DNA of 64,000 nucleotides from a bacterium. Lineage in GTDB: Bacteria > UBA8248. The translations under genes were made by a program, and so were the position numbers. Below the pieces are notes generated by a model that had not been told where the DNA came from, made no database searches, and worked only from the letters and a program-made list of their open reading frames with translations. Of the stretch, positions 59,615-64,000 are shown one piece after another. The DNA is taken from positions 27,904 to 91,903 of the forward strand of contig CBDBZY010000005.1 of assembly GCA_965213685.1 (NCBI GenBank), given 5' to 3'. Numbering within the stretch: the first letter of the stretch is position 1; each line of letters opens with the position of its first letter.

Positions 59615-59665
59615 GGGCCGCGCGCCTTCGCCCCCCTCCGCCCGCCAACCCGCCCGTCCGCCCCG

Positions 59666-60337
59666 CTAGTCGCCCGGTCGATACCGGCTCTCCTCCGGAT
59701 CGGGCCTCGTCCAGCGCCCCAGGAGTTTTCCGCCCCGGTAGGCCGCCTCGTAGGGACCGTCCAGCGTCAACACCACGAGGGGCTGTTTTCTTCTGCTCAT
59801 CCTCTGGCGATACAGTCGGCTCTGCCCGACGTAGAGCTCCCGCTCGGCGGGCAGCAGGGCGAAAAGCCGACCGAAAAACTCCAGGAACTCGGCGATGAAT
59901 TTTTTCGTCGCCACGCGGTGGCGATCCACCAGGTAGCACTTCCCCTCCAGCACCCGGTTGAAGACCAGGCCGAGCAGGCACCCCCCGTTGTCGAAATAGG
60001 GCGCGTAGGGGAACGTGCGGCAGGAAACGGAGCGGTTCTCCCGCTCGCAGTGCGCGACCCCCCGGCATTCGATGAAAACGCTCTCGTCGCGGTCCATCTC
60101 CCCGACCAGCTCGAGCTCGGCGCCCGAGCGTGGGCGAAACTCATGCCAAAGCCGGGTGCGCGGCTCCAGGAACTCCCACTCCTTGCGGTAGGCGACGGGG
60201 ACGACCCAGCCCGTGTCACAGCAAAACGGAGTCCCGTCGTTGAAAGGCGCGCACTTCTTCCCGCAGTCGAACCGCGCGGGCGGACTCTCAAAGCCATCGT
60301 ACAGCGCCTGGAAATCCTCTGGCCTCAACCGCGCCAT
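59666..60337 (-). CDS. Cys-rich hypothetical protein (possible Zn/Fe-S binding)
   Basis: FDCGKKC, PFCCD, ECRGVAHC, SCRTFP; ATG 60337 after GAGG. Confidence 0.7.
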   Translation of the reverse strand: MARLRPEDFQALYDGFESPPARFDCGKKCAPFNDGTPFCCDTGWVVPVAYRKEWEFLEPRTRLWHEFRPRSGAELELVGEMDRDESVFIECRGVAHCERENRSVSCRTFPYAPYFDNGGCLLGLVFNRVLEGKCYLVDRHRVATKKFIAEFLEFFGRLFALLPAERELYVGQSRLYRQRMSRRKQPLVVLTLDGPYEAAYRGGKLLGRWTRPDPEESRYRPGD

Positions 60338-60511
60338 GCCTGCCTCACGCGAACCGGACGGATTGCCGGACGGCGAACGCAACACCCCCGGCGTCCTGTC
60401 CCGGGGGCGCCCCGCCGACGAATGGACGGGCGAAATGCGCCGCCGGCGGGACGTCGCGTGTGCCGAGGAAAGCGCAGCGGCCGCATGCGGGGGGACGCCC
60501 GACGGCGGAAT

Positions 60512-61525
60512 CTAGCCTGAGGCCGCCCCGTTCGACTTCGGCGCGACGCCATAGAGCTTCTCCGAGAAGTGGCACGCCGCGAAGTGGCCCGCCGCGACCT
60601 CGCGCATCAGCGGCTCCTCCGAGACGCATCTGTCCTCCTTGTAGGGACATCTCGTATGGAATCGGCAGCCCGCGGGCGGGTTCACGGGGCTGGGCACGTC
60701 GCCGGTCAGGATCATCCGCTTCTTCTTGACCGCCGGGTCCGGAACCGGCACGGCGGAAAGCAGCGCCTCGGTGTAGGGATGCTTCGGGTCCATCACCACC
60801 CTGTCGGCTCCGGACATCTCCACGATCTTGCCCAGATACATGACGGCGATGCGGTCGCTCACGTGCTGGACGACGGCTAGGTCGTGCGCGATGAGCACAA
60901 ACGCGATGCCAAACTCTTTTTGCAGATCCTCCAGCAGGTTGATCACCTGGGCCTGGATCGACACGTCGAGTGCGCTGACCGGCTCGTCCGCGATGATGAG
61001 TTTCGGGTTGAGCGCGAGGGCGCGGGCGATCCCGATGCGCTGCCGCTGCCCGCCGGAGAACTCGTGCGGATAGCGGCGTATGTGCTCCGGCCGCAAGCCC
61101 ACGCGGTGGAGGAGGGAGGCGACTTTCTCCTCCCTCTCCTTGCCCTTGGCGATGTTGTGGATGGTCAACGGCTCGCCGACGATGCTCCCCACCGTCATGC
61201 GCGGGTTCAGGGAAGCGTACGGGTCCTGGAAGATGATCTGCATCTCCCGCCGCAGCTTCCGCATCGACTCCCTGTCGAGGGAGCAGACGTCGGTGCCCTG
61301 GAAGTTCACCTCGCCCGCCGTCGGCTCGATGAGGCGCAGCACGGCACGGCCCGTGGTGGACTTCCCGCATCCGCTCTCGCCGACGAGCCCGAGCGTTTCG
61401 CTGGGCTCCAGGTCGAAGCTCACGCCGTCCACGGCGCGCACGTAGTTGCGAATCCGCGAGAAGACGCCTCCGCGAACCGGGAAGTGCTTCACCATATTTT
61501 TCACTTCGAGCAGTTTCTGGGCCAT
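60512..61525 (-). CDS. Oligopeptide/dipeptide ABC ATP-binding protein (OppF/DppF-like)
   Basis: [45 protein letters not shown]. Confidence 0.93.
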   Translation of the reverse strand: MAQKLLEVKNMVKHFPVRGGVFSRIRNYVRAVDGVSFDLEPSETLGLVGESGCGKSTTGRAVLRLIEPTAGEVNFQGTDVCSLDRESMRKLRREMQIIFQDPYASLNPRMTVGSIVGEPLTIHNIAKGKEREEKVASLLHRVGLRPEHIRRYPHEFSGGQRQRIGIARALALNPKLIIADEPVSALDVSIQAQVINLLEDLQKEFGIAFVLIAHDLAVVQHVSDRIAVMYLGKIVEMSGADRVVMDPKHPYTEALLSAVPVPDPAVKKKRMILTGDVPSPVNPPAGCRFHTRCPYKEDRCVSEEPLMREVAAGHFAACHFSEKLYGVAPKSNGAASG

Positions 61526-61847
61526 GATCATGCCCCTTTTCAATGGAAACCCGCGCAAACGGACATATCTATCTCGTGCCTGTTTTCTATCATTGCGGCC
61601 CCGCCCGGGCAAGCCGGGAAAATCCCCGTCCACGCATCCGGAGGCGCGCTGCGTCGCATCGCACACTTCACGCCAAACGCCCCCTCCCCTTGCGGGGCCG
61701 CCCTCTGGCGCGGCGTCGTTGCCTATCGAACGCTCATTTGCTAGATTTGCGCTCCAGCGCGTCGTGGAGAAGCGTCATGATTCTGCGGATCATCGCCCGC
61801 TGACGCGCGGCACAGGTAGAATGATTCGTTTTTCACCGGAGGCAAAA

Positions 61848-62207
61848 ATGGCGGAAAAAGGGAGAGGGGGCGCGGAGGCCGAAGCAGGCCCCGCCCTGAC
61901 GGCGAAAGAGATCCACAAGATGAACGTGCCCAAGCTCAAGGAGGCCGCCCTGGCGTACGGCGGAAAAATCTCGGGCGTCCACGGGATGGACAAGAACCAG
62001 TTGATACGGGCGCTCAAGGAGATCAACCACATCCCGCTGACAGAGGCCAAGCGCGCCTCCAAGATCGACAGGGGCGCCGTGAAGCGGCAGATCAAATCCC
62101 TCAAGGGCATGCGGGCACAGCACATCGAGTCGAAAGACGGCGTCCAGCTCCGGCGCGTGCGCAAGCGCATCAAGGCGCTTCGCAGGAAACTCGTGCGAAC
62201 CGCTTAG
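61848..62207 (+). CDS. Small basic protein with a Rho-N-terminal-like motif
   Basis: IHKMNVPKLKEAA...GVHGMDKNQLIRAL; Lys/Arg-rich C-terminus; RBS GGAGG. Confidence 0.65.
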   Translation: MAEKGRGGAEAEAGPALTAKEIHKMNVPKLKEAALAYGGKISGVHGMDKNQLIRALKEINHIPLTEAKRASKIDRGAVKRQIKSLKGMRAQHIESKDGVQLRRVRKRIKALRRKLVRTA

Positions 62208-62221
62208 GCTGCCCCCGAAAA

Positions 62222-63241
62222 ATGAACGACTTCATCGCCCCAGGAGAAACGATGCCCGCATCCACATCCTTGCCCCTCGCTTCGGGAGGCGCCGGCAAAT
62301 TCGCGGAGCGCATCCGGGAAGACATGCCGCACCTGAGCCGCACGGCGCTCTCCACCCTCCAGATCAACGTGGGGAAATACTGCAACCAGACCTGCGCGCA
62401 CTGCCATGTGGGCGCGGGCCCGCACCGCAAGGAGATCATGACCGAGGAGACGGCGAGCCGCATCCTCGAATGGCTCGAGGGGACGCAAATCCCCACCGTC
62501 GACGTCACGGGAGGCGCACCCGAGCTCAACCCCCAGTTCCGGCGCATCGTCGACCGCGCCCGCCAGAGGGACCGGCACGTGATGGTGCGCTCGAACCTCT
62601 CGGTCGTGTTCGAGCCCGGAGAAGAGGACTTGATCGATTTCTACCGGGCGAGCCGGGTGGAGCTCGTCTGCTCCCTCCCCTGCTATCTGGAGGAGAACGT
62701 GGACGCCCAGCGCGGAGACGGCGTGTTTGAAAAATCCGTCCGCGCACTGCGCGCGCTGAACGAAGCGGGGTTCGGCCCCCCGGGAGAGTTGCAACTCAAC
62801 CTTGTCTATAACCCGGTGGGCGATTACCTCCCGCCCCCGCAGGAGGCGCTGGAGGCCGAATACAAGCGGGAGCTCCTCCGGCGCTACGGCATCCGCTTTC
62901 ACCGCCTCTACACCATCACCAACATGCCCATCACCCGCTTTGCGAGCTTCCTGAAGGCGAGCGGAAAATGGGAGAGCTACATGGCGCGGCTGCGCGAGGC
63001 CTACAACCCCGAGACGATCTCCGGCCTGATGTGCCGAAGCCTCATCAGCGTGGGATGGGACGGCGCCCTGTATGATTGCGACTTCAACCAGATGCTCGGC
63101 ATGTCCCTGGGCAACGGGACGCCCCTGAAACTCTGGGACGTCGCGCCCGCCGATCTGCTGGGCCGGGAGATTCTCCTGGACGACCATTGCTTCGGCTGCA
63201 CGGCCGGTGCGGGCTCCTCCTGCGGAGGCGCTCTTGCGTAG
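62222..63241 (+). CDS. arsS: ArsS-family radical SAM protein (DUF3641)
   Basis: LQINVGKYCNQTCAHCHV, DVTGGAPE, SLPCY, YDCDFNQML, HCFGCTAGAGSSCGG. Confidence 0.85.
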   Translation: MNDFIAPGETMPASTSLPLASGGAGKFAERIREDMPHLSRTALSTLQINVGKYCNQTCAHCHVGAGPHRKEIMTEETASRILEWLEGTQIPTVDVTGGAPELNPQFRRIVDRARQRDRHVMVRSNLSVVFEPGEEDLIDFYRASRVELVCSLPCYLEENVDAQRGDGVFEKSVRALRALNEAGFGPPGELQLNLVYNPVGDYLPPPQEALEAEYKRELLRRYGIRFHRLYTITNMPITRFASFLKASGKWESYMARLREAYNPETISGLMCRSLISVGWDGALYDCDFNQMLGMSLGNGTPLKLWDVAPADLLGREILLDDHCFGCTAGAGSSCGGALA

Positions 63242-63377
63242 CGGGCGGAACTCCTGCGATCTCCCCCCGGCGCGGGCCGCCGGCCCCGCCGGGCATGGCG
63301 GTTTCCGCAACCCGGGGAAGGCGACCCGGAGGAGACGTTTTGCCCATAACGCCCATAACGAAAGAGGAGCGAATGCG

Positions 63378-64000
63378 GTGCCACTACCAGGCAGCACAGG
63401 AAGCAGGCGGCGGGGCAAATGGCTGCGCGGATCGCTCGCCCTCATCTTGTCCCTCGCGCTCCTGGGCGCACCGGCCGCCTCCTCGGGGTCGGGCCACGAA
63501 TCCGACGCCGAGGAGGAGCGGACGAGCGAATCGATAGACCCGATGGAGCCGCTCAACCGCGTGATCTTCGACTTGAACGAGGCACTCGACGCCATCCTCC
63601 TGCTGCCGCTCGCTCGCGCCTACCGGGGCATATTCCCGAGGCCCGTCCGCGATTCGTTCCGGAACTTTCTGCGGAACCTCAACGCCCCCCTCGTATGGCT
63701 GAACGACATCCTGCAAGGGGAGGGCAGGCGCGCGGAGGTCACCTGGAAGCGGTTCTGGATAAACACCACTCTGGGCGTGGGCGGGCTCCTCGACGTGGCG
63801 GCGCAGGACATGGACCTGCCCCATCACGGCGAGGATTTCGGCCAGACGCTGGGCGTCTGGGGCGTGGACCGGGGGGCGTATCTCGTGCTGCCTCTTCTGG
63901 GACCGTCGACGTTGCGGGACGCCCTGGGCAAGGCGGCGGACGCCTTCATGAACCCCCTGTCCCACCTGGGCGCCGCGCATGAAGACGGGGCGGGCGTCCT
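63378..64000 (+). CDS. mlaA: MlaA/VacJ-family protein, truncated by the window edge
   Basis: Manual translation: DPMEPLNRVIF, NFLRNL, RFWINTTLGVGGLLDVA, EDFGQTLGVWGV, YLVLPLLGPSTLRD. Confidence 0.88.
   Translation, partial: MPLPGSTGSRRRGKWLRGSLALILSLALLGAPAASSGSGHESDAEEERTSESIDPMEPLNRVIFDLNEALDAILLLPLARAYRGIFPRPVRDSFRNFLRNLNAPLVWLNDILQGEGRRAEVTWKRFWINTTLGVGGLLDVAAQDMDLPHHGEDFGQTLGVWGVDRGAYLVLPLLGPSTLRDALGKAADAFMNPLSHLGAAHEDGAGV

Overview
High-GC bacterial chromosomal region; the gene content (MlaA, TRAP/TAXI transporter, SelA/SelB, HemQ) suggests a diderm lineage that decodes selenocysteine. It carries three defence loci: (i) a Type ISP-like restriction-modification gene running off the left edge, next to a lower-GC two-gene island (acidic hypothetical + SNF2/RapA-like helicase) bounded by a ~30-bp direct repeat; (ii) a complete Type II-C CRISPR-Cas locus (compact 1009-aa Cas9, cas1, cas2, identifiable tracrRNA, ~38 repeat units); (iii) a six-gene island with a C5 methyltransferase, REase, Vsr, PLD-SNF2 helicase, Type IIG-like methyltransferase and an orphan. 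Other content: selA-hydrolase-selB-PLP lyase, haem/copper genes, egtD-egtB, a ten-gene uncharacterised catabolic cluster, tRNA-Pro(TGG), a TRAP system, lhgO, arsS and mlaA. Best leads: a selenoprotein split by the ORF track (UGSC family, here reading U-G-S-S, with a hairpin right after the UGA); the repeat-bounded SNF2 two-gene island; and a lower-GC secreted-protein gene between 61-bp direct repeats next to an orphan CRISPR half-repeat. Some sequence looks error-prone (homopolymer runs, chimeric spacers, one frameshift). All family calls come from motif recognition; no database searches were run.
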